Shown: positions 1-9,058 of the stretch, piece by piece
How positions within the stretch are numbered: the first letter of the stretch is position 1
Layout: every line of letters begins with the position of its first letter
From: a virus
Lineage: Duplodnaviria > Caudoviricetes
DNA: 55,544 nt
Strand: one strand, 5' to 3'
Virus record (IMG/VR): IMGVR_UViG_3300012667_000989
Span: 1 to 55,544 of that record
The notes under the pieces: model-generated
Databases searched by the model: none
Seen by the model: the letters and a program-made list of their open reading frames with translations, nothing else
Told to the model about the DNA's origin: nothing
Made by a program: the position numbers and the translations under genes

Positions 1-55
1 AGAATTTACCCACTAATCATAAAAAGAAAAAGAAGATATGTAAACCACCGAGCCT
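1..55. repeat. 55-bp terminal direct repeat (assembly overlap, circular genome)
   Basis: AGAATTTACC...CCGAGCCT at 1-55 is identical to 55490-55544. Confidence 0.97.
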
Positions 56-309
56 CTAATAAAAGTGGCTTTGAAAGTTCTGCAATCTTATCTGGTGAAT
101 TAGCAAGAAGCGTAAGAGGAAAGACTCTTGGAACTAATAGATTAGAAATATCCGCTGATACACCTTACGCAGCAATTCAAGAAAAAGGTGGTATAAATTC
201 TGATAACAATTATATCCATCCAAGATACAACCTTATACGCCCAATTAGACAAAGTCGTGGCAACATCATGAACAACATAAGACAAGGCATAAATTCTAAA
301 ATAAAGTAG
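1..309 (+). CDS. 3' part of head-tail/tail-completion protein (HK97 gp10 / virion morphogenesis-like), continuing from 55325
   Basis: Frame open from ATG 55325 across the junction to TAG 307-309; SGELARSV...ADTPYAAIQEKG motif; follows the head-closure gene. Confidence 0.75.
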   Translation, partial: RIYPLIIKRKRRYVNHRASNKSGFESSAILSGELARSVRGKTLGTNRLEISADTPYAAIQEKGGINSDNNYIHPRYNLIRPIRQSRGNIMNNIRQGINSKIK

Positions 310-324
310 TTGTTGTAATTTAGT

Positions 325-347
325 TTTATTAACTTATAGTTAATAAA
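325..347. promoter_or_regulatory. Palindromic operator TTTATTAACT-N3-AGTTAATAAA (contains TTAA-N7-TTAA)
   Basis: Perfect 10-bp arms; recurs at 4622, 50292 and 43924. Confidence 0.65.
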
Positions 348-390
348 TATTAGAAACTAACCGATAAATAACTACGAAAAAATTATCAAT

Positions 391-846
391 ATGACGGATT
401 CAAATGATTATTTACAATTTAGAGCTTTTTGTTATAAGTCTCATAAATTAATTTATGGAGCTACCAATAGTAGCAAGAGTAGTTCTTGGGTTCTTGCTTG
501 TTATAGTGCTATGAAAAATAAAGAAGAATGGGAGATTCAACAAAGCACGGGATATAGAGATTCTGATAATGAATTAATATTTGAGGGAGATTTAATAGAA
601 TATAACCTAGAACGAACTAAGAATAGAATAGGTGTTTTGAATGATCCTATACCATTAAGTCAAGAATTTGTTTTTAAAAAAGATGGTTGTTTATATTTAG
701 GAGATAAATTTACAAAATTATCAACAATTTATAAAGTGTGTAAGGAAGAAAATTCCACTACTCAAAAAAGCAGTTTTAAAAAAATTGGAGATATTTCTAC
801 TCATTTCTTGCAATGGATAATTTTAAGAGATTCTAAACTTATTTAA
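391..846 (+). CDS. YopX-family protein
   Basis: LQFRAF...QSTGYRDSDNELIFEGDLI...KIGDI pattern typical of YopX. Confidence 0.8.
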   Translation: MTDSNDYLQFRAFCYKSHKLIYGATNSSKSSSWVLACYSAMKNKEEWEIQQSTGYRDSDNELIFEGDLIEYNLERTKNRIGVLNDPIPLSQEFVFKKDGCLYLGDKFTKLSTIYKVCKEENSTTQKSSFKKIGDISTHFLQWIILRDSKLI

Positions 847-850
847 TATT

Positions 851-1051
851 ATGAAAAAACTATTTAAAGTAATAATTAGATTCTTTACAACTCAAACAAT
901 ACCTTCTCAATTCATATATCATTCAAATTCTTCTCTTCTAATGGAAGAGCTTGAAAAACAAAAAAAGAAAGAAGAAGAAAAACGGGTTAAACAATTTATC
1001 CGTTTGGAAGTGAGAAAACAATTAAATAAGAAGCAACAATGGAAAAACTAA
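851..1051 (+). CDS. hypothetical protein
   Basis: 66-aa ORF tightly packed in operon. Confidence 0.55.
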   Translation: MKKLFKVIIRFFTTQTIPSQFIYHSNSSLLMEELEKQKKKEEEKRVKQFIRLEVRKQLNKKQQWKN

Positions 1052-1251
1052 CTCTAAAAAAACTAGCCGAATACTGGTTTTATGTAGGAGATTATCAAAG
1101 AATAATACCAAACTCTCCAGAAAATACAATAATGACTGCAAAACAAGCTAATGAGTTAGGAAGAGATATTCTTAATTTATTTGAAAGAATAGAAGAAATG
1201 GAATCTACAATTCAATCTATACTTAATTGTCAAAACAAAGAAATTAAATAA
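1039..1251 (+). CDS. hypothetical protein
   Basis: 70-aa ORF overlapping the upstream gene. Confidence 0.55.
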   Translation: MEKLTLKKLAEYWFYVGDYQRIIPNSPENTIMTAKQANELGRDILNLFERIEEMESTIQSILNCQNKEIK

Positions 1252-1257
1252 AAAGAA

Positions 1258-1578
1258 ATGAAAACATACTTCATAAAATATAACCAGCCTTACAGTGAGC
1301 AAGATAGTGATGTTCTTGAAAAAGATTGCGTTGAAATAGAAGATAAATTTTTGCCAGTAAGAATAAACTGGGGTGAATTTGTTGGTAGGACTAAGATATT
1401 CAGTGATGAAATTGGTGTTTATGTAGAAGAAACAAAGTATCAGCAAGATAAAATTAAAATAGATTTTACAAAAGATTTAAAAATTGATTTTGGGTTTCTT
1501 ATTGGTGAATCAGAAATTAAGAATAACATTAGGCATATTAAAAAAATCGAATTAAAAGAACTCTCAATTAGACAATGA
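1258..1578 (+). CDS. hypothetical protein
   Basis: 106-aa ORF, ATGA overlap with next gene. Confidence 0.6.
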   Translation: MKTYFIKYNQPYSEQDSDVLEKDCVEIEDKFLPVRINWGEFVGRTKIFSDEIGVYVEETKYQQDKIKIDFTKDLKIDFGFLIGESEIKNNIRHIKKIELKELSIRQ

Positions 1579-2942
1579 AAACAGAAGAAATAGTAAATCA
1601 GCTTAAAGCAATATTACCAAGATATACTGGTGATTTTACAACCAATTTATCAGTTAGTTCTTTAATACAAACAGCAGGAACAGCAACGGCTACAACTGCG
1701 ACTGCTCACGGCTTAACAGTTGGAGAAAAGGTCTTAATTGTTGGCGCAAAAGTTCCTTTAACAATTACTTCTCTAACAAGAACTGGTAATTATGTTTTAG
1801 CAATTACATCGGGCAAGCACCCTTTAATTAGAGGCAACACAACGGTTGAAATAAGCGGAGCTAACCAATCTGACTATAATGGGACTAAAACGCTTTATAC
1901 CGATAAAAACCATTTCTTATCTGCACCTCTTATTGATATTGAGAGCATAACAATTAGCGGAACTACTGCAACAGTTACCACTAAGACAGCGCACGGATAT
2001 GTTAATAACGCAAATGTTGAAGTGCAGGTTTTCGGTGCAACTAATGAAAATTACAACAAACTAACAACGCTTGATAGCGTACCAAGTGATACAACTTTTA
2101 CCTATACTGTTTATGGAGCAACAGAAGATGCGGTTTCGCTGCAAAACCTACAATGCAAACAATTAATTAATGCCTATACTTTTATTTTTGAAGTAAGTGG
2201 AAGCCCTACCACTCCAGCAACAGGAACTGTCACCCAATTAACAACTTACAAAGATGGTTACAACGGTTATAAAACTGTTGTATCAGTGCCAACCTCTACA
2301 ACTTTTACTTATGCCTGCACCTCAACTTTAGGAAGCCCAGCGCAAGGCACTATCTTAGCAAGATTTGATCCTTGTATTACTGGAGCTGTTGACTATGAAA
2401 GAGCTGCTGCAATGTTTCAAAGCGATGTTGATAGCGGACAATCAACTAAATGGGTAGTTGTTGTTTTGGGAGAAGAAACAACCTCTAAAAATCAAAGAAA
2501 TACTGGAGATGGAATAAGTAATAACTTGAATGGCGAATCAATAAGAGAAAACTTTTATCAGAATGCTACTGTTTATATTTTTATACCTTGTGGAGCTACA
2601 AACGATGAATTGCTTTATGCTTTAACAAAAGATAGAGCTTATTCTTACAAGCCTCATATTTTTAGAGCATTACTTGGATTTAAGCCGACCTCTAACCTAG
2701 AGCAAGTAAGATATTCAAGCCTTATTTCTGTAAGTAACGGAATGTTTTTATTTAATGGCTCTTTTTATGTTCATCAATATACCTTTCAAGCTAATGGTTG
2801 GTTTAATCAAGGCGATGGAATTGAACCTGATGATGTATTTGCATTTAGAACATTTGACTTTGATGTTTTAGACAATGAAGGATTTGAAACTTCTGTAATG
2901 CAAATTGATGGAGATGTTGATGAGGAGGATTCTAATGTCTAA
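1575..2942 (+). CDS. Tail terminator/completion-like protein with inserted E1-FCCH-like beta domains
   Basis: Lies before the sheath; TAHGL..G..V.I.GA...YNG...TFTY modules inserted between N- and C-terminal parts. Confidence 0.6.
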   Translation: MKTEEIVNQLKAILPRYTGDFTTNLSVSSLIQTAGTATATTATAHGLTVGEKVLIVGAKVPLTITSLTRTGNYVLAITSGKHPLIRGNTTVEISGANQSDYNGTKTLYTDKNHFLSAPLIDIESITISGTTATVTTKTAHGYVNNANVEVQVFGATNENYNKLTTLDSVPSDTTFTYTVYGATEDAVSLQNLQCKQLINAYTFIFEVSGSPTTPATGTVTQLTTYKDGYNGYKTVVSVPTSTTFTYACTSTLGSPAQGTILARFDPCITGAVDYERAAAMFQSDVDSGQSTKWVVVVLGEETTSKNQRNTGDGISNNLNGESIRENFYQNATVYIFIPCGATNDELLYALTKDRAYSYKPHIFRALLGFKPTSNLEQVRYSSLISVSNGMFLFNGSFYVHQYTFQANGWFNQGDGIEPDDVFAFRTFDFDVLDNEGFETSVMQIDGDVDEEDSNV

Positions 2943-3132
2943 TAAACAAGAGCATAAATTCTGCAGATGTTGCGATAAAATTATGCCAGCAAATAAAAAA
3001 GTACCTAATCATATTTTACACTTTATTTTAGGTATTTTTACTTATGGTTTCTGGATATTTGTTTGGCTAATTCTTATTCTTTGCAACTCAAATGAACCAT
3101 TCTATTGTGAAAAATGCGGTAGTCATATTTAA
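2935..3132 (+). CDS. Small membrane zinc-ribbon (LITAF-like) protein
   Basis: CRCC...NHILHFILGIFTYGFWIFVW...CEKCG; SD GAGGAGG before ATG 2935. Confidence 0.7.
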   Translation: MSNKQEHKFCRCCDKIMPANKKVPNHILHFILGIFTYGFWIFVWLILILCNSNEPFYCEKCGSHI

Positions 3133-4607
3133 AAGACCGTAAACATTTTATCCCAATCAATGGAGTTGTTTTTAAAATATGTAAGGAACTGTGCGAGACA
3201 ATCAGGGTCTTCATCATGAGAACCATTTGGAAATTGCATTAAAGAATCTTCAAAATCAAATAACCAAGTAGCTTGCTTTGGAATATAAATATTTCCATTA
3301 GCCATTGCACCAGTTGCGTTATAAAATCTAATTTCTTTCTTAACGCCCCCATGAGAAATTGGCACTATACCAAAACTACACTCTTTCGGCAGCTCTTGAA
3401 TTAAAGACGAGCCAGTATTCGCATCTTCAATTAAAATAGAGTTTGCTGTTGGAAATTTAGAGGCAAACATTAAAAGATTTTTCTTTGTGTCTTGATAGAT
3501 TGCCCTTTGATTATAACGGTCAATTAAATAAATTGAAGTGCCTTTTACACCAAATTTAAGAAATCCAGAAGGGTCATTTATTTCTTTCACCTTTTGAGCT
3601 GTATCTGCGCTAACAAAAACAGAATCAAACTGCATGTACGGCAAGTTTTCAAGGTCAAATCTCTGAAACCAATTCATATCAACCATATTACCACCTTCTG
3701 CAACTGGCTTTTGCATGTATTGCGTATAAAATACTTGCTTACCATTTGCAATTCCTGTTTCAGTATCTACGGTGCGGTTTTTTAACTCATCAACTTTCTC
3801 TCTTGTGAATCTTGGCAATTCAGGAGCAAGTAAATCTCCCTCGTTAATTTCTTTCTTAAAATTACCAAAATAGAAGTATTGTTTTTTCTCGAACTCAACT
3901 GGCAAACACAAATGAGTATATTCCTTGCCTCTAGTTCTCAATAAGAAGCCAGTTAAATCACTTACACCAAGTCTTTGCTCTATTATTGCAAAAATATTTC
4001 TTACAACACTTCCACGACTTTCAAATGTATCTGCAAACTTATTTAGAAGCCTGATTTTGGTAGCTTCTGATTGCATCATTGTTGAAGACATGTAATCATC
4101 AAATAAAAGATAATTTGCCCTTTCACCTGTAATATTTCCTTCTGTTGCAAAGCCCTGCATTTCTCCGCCCATCGTGGTTCTAAAATGCGTTTCCGTGTTC
4201 TTTCTATCATCAGCCTTAAATTCTGGGAAAAGCTCGTGAAATCTAGCTGTTTCAGTAATTCTTTTAGTCCAACCAATATTTCTATTTACAAGGTTTTCTT
4301 TGTTTGAGATTGCAAAGATTTTTTCGTAGGGAGTTCGTCCGAGAATATAAGAAGGAAGAGCAGAAGACCAAATTGTGGACTTCATTAGACCAGGGGGAAT
4401 ATTTATGATAAGTCTTTCAATCTCGCCATCAGCAACAGCCTGTGCATATTCGCACATTAAATCAATACTCCAAGTTTCAATCAATGGAGAACTGGGATGA
4501 ATAAACGGATAAGCAAACTTTTTAAAGTAATCAGTAAAGTTTGTTTTGATTGTCTCGTTAGCACTTTCTTGTGCTAACTTTGCTAAGAAGTTTGGGTCTA
4601 AGTTCAT
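3129..4607 (-). CDS. terL: Terminase large subunit (Terminase_6-type)
   Basis: RLIINIPPGLMKST Walker A, LLFDD Walker B, SADTA..K..ND.S and HDEDPDCLAQ nuclease motifs; ATG 4607 preferred to TTG 4661. Confidence 0.93.
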   Translation of the reverse strand: MNLDPNFLAKLAQESANETIKTNFTDYFKKFAYPFIHPSSPLIETWSIDLMCEYAQAVADGEIERLIINIPPGLMKSTIWSSALPSYILGRTPYEKIFAISNKENLVNRNIGWTKRITETARFHELFPEFKADDRKNTETHFRTTMGGEMQGFATEGNITGERANYLLFDDYMSSTMMQSEATKIRLLNKFADTFESRGSVVRNIFAIIEQRLGVSDLTGFLLRTRGKEYTHLCLPVEFEKKQYFYFGNFKKEINEGDLLAPELPRFTREKVDELKNRTVDTETGIANGKQVFYTQYMQKPVAEGGNMVDMNWFQRFDLENLPYMQFDSVFVSADTAQKVKEINDPSGFLKFGVKGTSIYLIDRYNQRAIYQDTKKNLLMFASKFPTANSILIEDANTGSSLIQELPKECSFGIVPISHGGVKKEIRFYNATGAMANGNIYIPKQATWLFDFEDSLMQFPNGSHDEDPDCLAQFLTYFKNNSIDWDKMFTVF

Positions 4608-4621
4608 ATAATAAGTGGTGT

Positions 4622-4659
4622 TTATTAACTTAAAGTTAATAAGAACTAATATTAATTGC
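4622..4659. promoter_or_regulatory. Palindromic operator between divergent terL and tail operon
   Basis: TTATTAACTTAAAGTTAATAA; 34/38 identical to 50292-50329. Confidence 0.7.
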
Positions 4660-4742
4660 AACTTGTTTTTTTATAAGTTTAATAACCTTCAAGGTATCAT
4701 CACTACCTAGTTTTTAGTTCACCACACTAAACAAAATAGAAA

Positions 4743-4952
4743 ATGAAAGCAGAATTAAAATTTTTAAAGCCATTTTATATCCAAAAAAAATGGTATGGAA
4801 CAACTGATAGAAATTCTTCAATAGAAATTGAAGTAGATGAAGCTAATACCCCCCTAGATTCCATTTGGTTTGAACAACTTAGATTTCAAGAAAATAAATC
4901 TAACTTCCAACTTATTACAAAATCATCACTTAAAACTAAATCCAAAGAATAA
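4743..4952 (+). CDS. Small protein preceding the sheath (Mu gp38 position)
   Basis: 69 aa, synteny only. Confidence 0.55.
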   Translation: MKAELKFLKPFYIQKKWYGTTDRNSSIEIEVDEANTPLDSIWFEQLRFQENKSNFQLITKSSLKTKSKE

Positions 4953-4954
4953 TT

Positions 4955-6493
4955 ATGGCTGGCACTTATCCTATTTCAGAATTTAACTTAGTTTCATCAT
5001 TGCAAAAAATTGATGCTGGAGCAAGAATCCCTTTAATTTTAGCGCAAGGAACCTCTGCTGGTTCTTTTACAAGCGGTAATTTGGTTTCAAATATTGGAAC
5101 TGATATTAACGCAGGTAAAGACCTTTGCGGAGCTGGTTCAATTGGTCATTTAATGATTGATGCTTTTAGACAAGCAAGCCCTAATACAAGACTAGACGCA
5201 ATTATTGTTTCTGACAATGGTTCTGGTGTTCAAGCTACTGGTTCGGTTGCTTTTACAGCCTCAAGCCCTGTTGCTGGTACTTTATATGTAACTGTTGGTT
5301 CTTATACTAAAAATAGATATGCAATTGCAGTAACAACCGCCTCAACAGCAACAACTATTGGTGATGATTTAGAAGCTGCTATTAATGCTGATGATAATTC
5401 ACCAGTAACAGCTTCAAATACAACTGGAACAGTTACTTTTACCGCTAAAAATGATGGAACAGAAGGTAATAGAATTTCAATTAAAGTTGAATCTTTACCA
5501 AGTGGAGTTGCTGCAACAATAACAGCTTTTACAAGTGGCGCAACTGATCCTGTTTTGACTGGTATTTTAACTAAAATTGATGCTGCAAGATATGATATTA
5601 TTTTCCCAGTATGTTTCTTATCGACTGTTAAAACTCACTTAGAAGCTAAATTTAACACTAGAAACGCTATTTTAGATGGTGTTGGTATAGTTTGTAAAAC
5701 TGATACTTACGCTAACCATGTAACCGCTTTAGCTCCTGCAACACTAGCTTCAAAAGTAATTACTCCTTACATCTGCTTAAAATTAGTGAATGATTCTGAT
5801 TGGAAAGGAAACGAAATTGTTGAATTAGATTATGTTTTGCCAGCTTATTCTGCTGGCTTGAGAGCGCAAAGACTAAAAGAAAATGCTTCTATTAGTCCAT
5901 TCATGATGAGCAATAACAACAGAGGTGGTTTATTTACTGCTGGCTTGCCTTATGCTAACATGAAGCTTAATGATCTTAACACGATTGCAACTGGAAAAGG
6001 ATTCACTTTAACTGAAATTGAAGGTTTAGGTGATTTAGGTGGTTCAACTTTAAGCATGGATGAAAGTGGAACTGTTGCAGTTACTAATAAATTTTGGACA
6101 ACTGCTTACAAACAAGCAACTCCAACTGCTGATGGTTACACTTACCAAACTTTGAATAAGTCTGATTGTGCAACTATTGCTAGAGAGTATATCTTCAAAA
6201 ATATGAAGAATTTTTATGCTCAATCTGGTTTAACAGAAGGTACTTTACCAAACAATCCATTAGCAACTTATGCTAACGAAAAATCAATTAGAGCTTATAT
6301 TGTAAGTCTTTGGTTAGATTTGACTGACTTCCCTTATAATGTGCTTCAATATTCAGCAGAACTTGAAACTGAATTTAAAACAAACCTAAGCGTTGTAGTT
6401 AATACTTCAACTGGAGCAGTTACTGGTTCAATGAAATTTAACTTAATGGGTCAATTAGATTCATTTACTTTTGATTTAACACCACAATTATAA
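4955..6493 (+). CDS. Contractile tail sheath (Mu gpL-like)
   Basis: GAGSIGHLM, ATGSVAF, PVTA..TGTVTFTAKNDG.EGN, GATDP motifs; 512 aa. Confidence 0.92.
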   Translation: MAGTYPISEFNLVSSLQKIDAGARIPLILAQGTSAGSFTSGNLVSNIGTDINAGKDLCGAGSIGHLMIDAFRQASPNTRLDAIIVSDNGSGVQATGSVAFTASSPVAGTLYVTVGSYTKNRYAIAVTTASTATTIGDDLEAAINADDNSPVTASNTTGTVTFTAKNDGTEGNRISIKVESLPSGVAATITAFTSGATDPVLTGILTKIDAARYDIIFPVCFLSTVKTHLEAKFNTRNAILDGVGIVCKTDTYANHVTALAPATLASKVITPYICLKLVNDSDWKGNEIVELDYVLPAYSAGLRAQRLKENASISPFMMSNNNRGGLFTAGLPYANMKLNDLNTIATGKGFTLTEIEGLGDLGGSTLSMDESGTVAVTNKFWTTAYKQATPTADGYTYQTLNKSDCATIAREYIFKNMKNFYAQSGLTEGTLPNNPLATYANEKSIRAYIVSLWLDLTDFPYNVLQYSAELETEFKTNLSVVVNTSTGAVTGSMKFNLMGQLDSFTFDLTPQL

Positions 6494-6499
6494 TAAAAT

Positions 6500-6907
6500 A
6501 TGGTAGATACTTTTACTCCAAAACGAATTGAAATAGATGGTAAAACATTTCTTTATGTCCCAAATACTTTAGTTGAAAAAGCTGGATTTGGAGAAACTAA
6601 TACTAGAACGCAGGTATCTGGTCGCTCTGTTGTCATTTTGCCATCTGAAAATTTAGAAACTCAATTTGCTGAATTAAGTTTCGATATAATGATGGTTGAT
6701 TCTGATAGTGATTCTGATCCGATTGTCTTAATCCAAGCTTGGAAATCTAGCAATGGAACTCACCTAGTTAAATTAATACCAGATGGTGCTGGTCAAAGCA
6801 GATTATATAAAAACGCTTCTTTAATGAACGATCCTACTTTTCAACACAGTTCTGATGGCGTTATTTCATTAACTTGGAATGCTTCTAAAGTAACCTTAAC
6901 TAACTAA
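6500..6907 (+). CDS. Tail tube (Mu gpM-like)
   Basis: 135-aa beta-rich ORF directly after the sheath. Confidence 0.8.
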   Translation: MVDTFTPKRIEIDGKTFLYVPNTLVEKAGFGETNTRTQVSGRSVVILPSENLETQFAELSFDIMMVDSDSDSDPIVLIQAWKSSNGTHLVKLIPDGAGQSRLYKNASLMNDPTFQHSSDGVISLTWNASKVTLTN

Positions 6908-6909
6908 TT

Positions 6910-7224
6910 ATGACTGAATTACTAAGAGAAAAAAAATATCCACTTTTATCTGAATGTTCTTATTTTATCAATAATGATTATAAGAAGACCAAAGAAGTTA
7001 ATTTATTAGCTCTAAAATTTTGTGATTCTGACAAGTTGTTAGATTTTCTTATAATAAATAAAAAGTTTGAAGCTCTTAATTTTCTTTGTGAAAAAGGTTA
7101 TATTGCACCAGTTGAAGGCGGAAAGCTTAAAATTGATGATTTAGACTTTAGGGCTTCTGTTGTATTATTGGAGGAGTATACCTCAAGTTTTTTAGACATA
7201 TCGCCTTTCTTGCAGACAAAGTAG
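6910..7224 (+). CDS. Tail assembly chaperone (short form)
   Basis: Between tube and tape measure; slippery site near the 3' end. Confidence 0.8.
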   Translation: MTELLREKKYPLLSECSYFINNDYKKTKEVNLLALKFCDSDKLLDFLIINKKFEALNFLCEKGYIAPVEGGKLKIDDLDFRASVVLLEEYTSSFLDISPFLQTK

Positions 7225-7436
7225 AAAGGCGGAAGTTTAGAGAGTCTATTTTTAGTTTTTTGAAATATGCAACTGCTTTTACCTACAACGATATTAACAA
7301 TATGGCTTTCCCTGAATTATTTGAATGGTATGACATCGCTGTAAAAGATAGCCAATCCGAGCAAAGGAAAGCCGCTGATGAAAGAAAGAAAGCGCAAGAG
7401 TTGGTAAACTCAAGAAATAGAGGGTATAGAAGATGA
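7188..7436 (+). CDS. -1 frameshift extension of tail assembly chaperone (lambda GT / P2 E' analogue)
   Basis: T TTT TTA at 7188-7194; -1 frame open (FRHIAFLADK...FTYNDINNMAFPELFEWYD...GYRR) to TGA 7434-7436 overlapping the tape-measure ATG. Confidence 0.85.
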   Translation, partial: FFRHIAFLADKVERRKFRESIFSFLKYATAFTYNDINNMAFPELFEWYDIAVKDSQSEQRKAADERKKAQELVNSRNRGYRR

Positions 7437-9058
7437 GTGATAAAATCAGTTATATCTTGGAGGTTTTAGATAAATATTCTCCAAATACAAAAAAACTTAA
7501 GAAAGAAATTAGTTCTTTAGAATCTTGCGTACAATCCCTGAATAACCAACTAAAAACAACTTCTCTAAATGTTGGCAAATTAGGAAGTAGTCTTGGATTA
7601 ACCCAAGCAATCAAGCAAACTGATTCTCTAAAAAGAAATATAGATAACTTAAATAGGTCTAGCCAGCAATCCGTAAATATCACCAAGCAACAAGCAAGAG
7701 CTTTGGGAAATACTCGCAGAGCTTTTGCTGGATCATTTACGCCTATTAAGTTTAATCCTTATGAAGGCAAGTATCAACCGATACAGCAAAAAACACCTTA
7801 CGAACCCCAGCCTCAACCTCAACAACCATCAAGACGAGGCGGTTTTTTTGCTGGCGGAGATGGCGTTTCTTTAACAAATGTTGCTAAAGGTATGGGTTTT
7901 TATCGAGCAATTGATATGGCTGTTTCTGCTCCATCAAAAATCCATGATGTAACTGTTGAAATGGATTCTTTAAGGGCTGGTTTATCTGCTTTGATTCCAA
8001 CAGTAAAAGGAATGGAGAATGCAACTGCTGAAAGCGAAGTTGCTTATTTAAGAAGCATTTCTAACAAGTATGGTTTTGCCTTCTCTGATGTTGCGCCTTC
8101 TTATCTAAAATTAATGGGTACTGGCGGGAAAACTGACGCATCTTTGATAAAAGGAATACTTGAAAATGTTGGTGGATATGGTGGCTTAATAGGGATGAGT
8201 AGTCCAGCATTAGAAGGAACTCTAAGAGGCTTTCAAGATATGCTTACTAAGCAAGTTTTAAATGCTCAAGAGGTCAACTTACAAATGCAACAAATGCCTG
8301 GTGCAAAACCAATGTTACATAAGGCATTTAAAAGATTCGCAGAAAGTAAGGGTGTAAAAGGCATAACTGACGAAAATGTAAGTGCTAAATTCACCGCAGC
8401 TATGGCGACAGGAAAATTACCTTCTGTTGATATTTTGAGAGAATTTGTAAAAGTCTTATATGAGATGTTTGGTGAGGAGATGATTAAGAAGTCATCTAAA
8501 CTAAGAAACGAAGAAAAAAGGTTATCAAATGCTTTTCAAGAACTAGGTGATGAAATTGGCTTACTTACTTATGAGTCTCAAATCGGAGGAGTTAGATCAT
8601 TAACAAACTTAACCAAAAGCGTTAATGGATTTGCAGGAGAAGCTAATAGAGTAGCTGAATATATGAAAGGTTTATTCTCTGGTATATTGCCAGAAAAAGG
8701 TGGAGTTGTAGAAAAAACCGCAAGTGCGGTTGGTGGAACTGCCATAGATTTATTTAAAATGTCAATAGGAAGTCCTTTCTATGCTGCGAAATATGGTGGT
8801 GCTTTGGCTTTGGCTCAAGGTGCTTCGATAATGGGAGATGATACCTTAAAAGAAAATTTTGGATCTTGGGCAAAAGAAGAGTTCTTAAAAAATAACTTTG
8901 AAGATTTGCAAGCTGTATATAAAACTGACTTTATGTCACTTATAAATGCGCTAAAAGATGGTCAAAAAGTAGATATTACAATCAAATCAGATAATAATAT
9001 AAAAGTTGAAGATGTTAAATCTAGTCGTCCATCAACTGTAAAAGCGGGGCAGAAATGA
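7433..9058 (+). CDS. Tape measure protein
   Basis: 541 aa; coiled-coil N-terminus; QDMLTKQVLNAQEVNLQM.Q.MPG tape-measure domain. Confidence 0.88.
   Translation: MSDKISYILEVLDKYSPNTKKLKKEISSLESCVQSLNNQLKTTSLNVGKLGSSLGLTQAIKQTDSLKRNIDNLNRSSQQSVNITKQQARALGNTRRAFAGSFTPIKFNPYEGKYQPIQQKTPYEPQPQPQQPSRRGGFFAGGDGVSLTNVAKGMGFYRAIDMAVSAPSKIHDVTVEMDSLRAGLSALIPTVKGMENATAESEVAYLRSISNKYGFAFSDVAPSYLKLMGTGGKTDASLIKGILENVGGYGGLIGMSSPALEGTLRGFQDMLTKQVLNAQEVNLQMQQMPGAKPMLHKAFKRFAESKGVKGITDENVSAKFTAAMATGKLPSVDILREFVKVLYEMFGEEMIKKSSKLRNEEKRLSNAFQELGDEIGLLTYESQIGGVRSLTNLTKSVNGFAGEANRVAEYMKGLFSGILPEKGGVVEKTASAVGGTAIDLFKMSIGSPFYAAKYGGALALAQGASIMGDDTLKENFGSWAKEEFLKNNFEDLQAVYKTDFMSLINALKDGQKVDITIKSDNNIKVEDVKSSRPSTVKAGQK

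Noticed and set aside
1-55. Biological terminal repeat
   Set aside because: Falls in the middle of a gene and its length matches a common assembler k-mer, so it is most likely an assembly overlap
4608-4661. TTG start extension of terL
   Set aside because: Overlaps the palindromic operator; ATG 4607 gives a natural N-terminus
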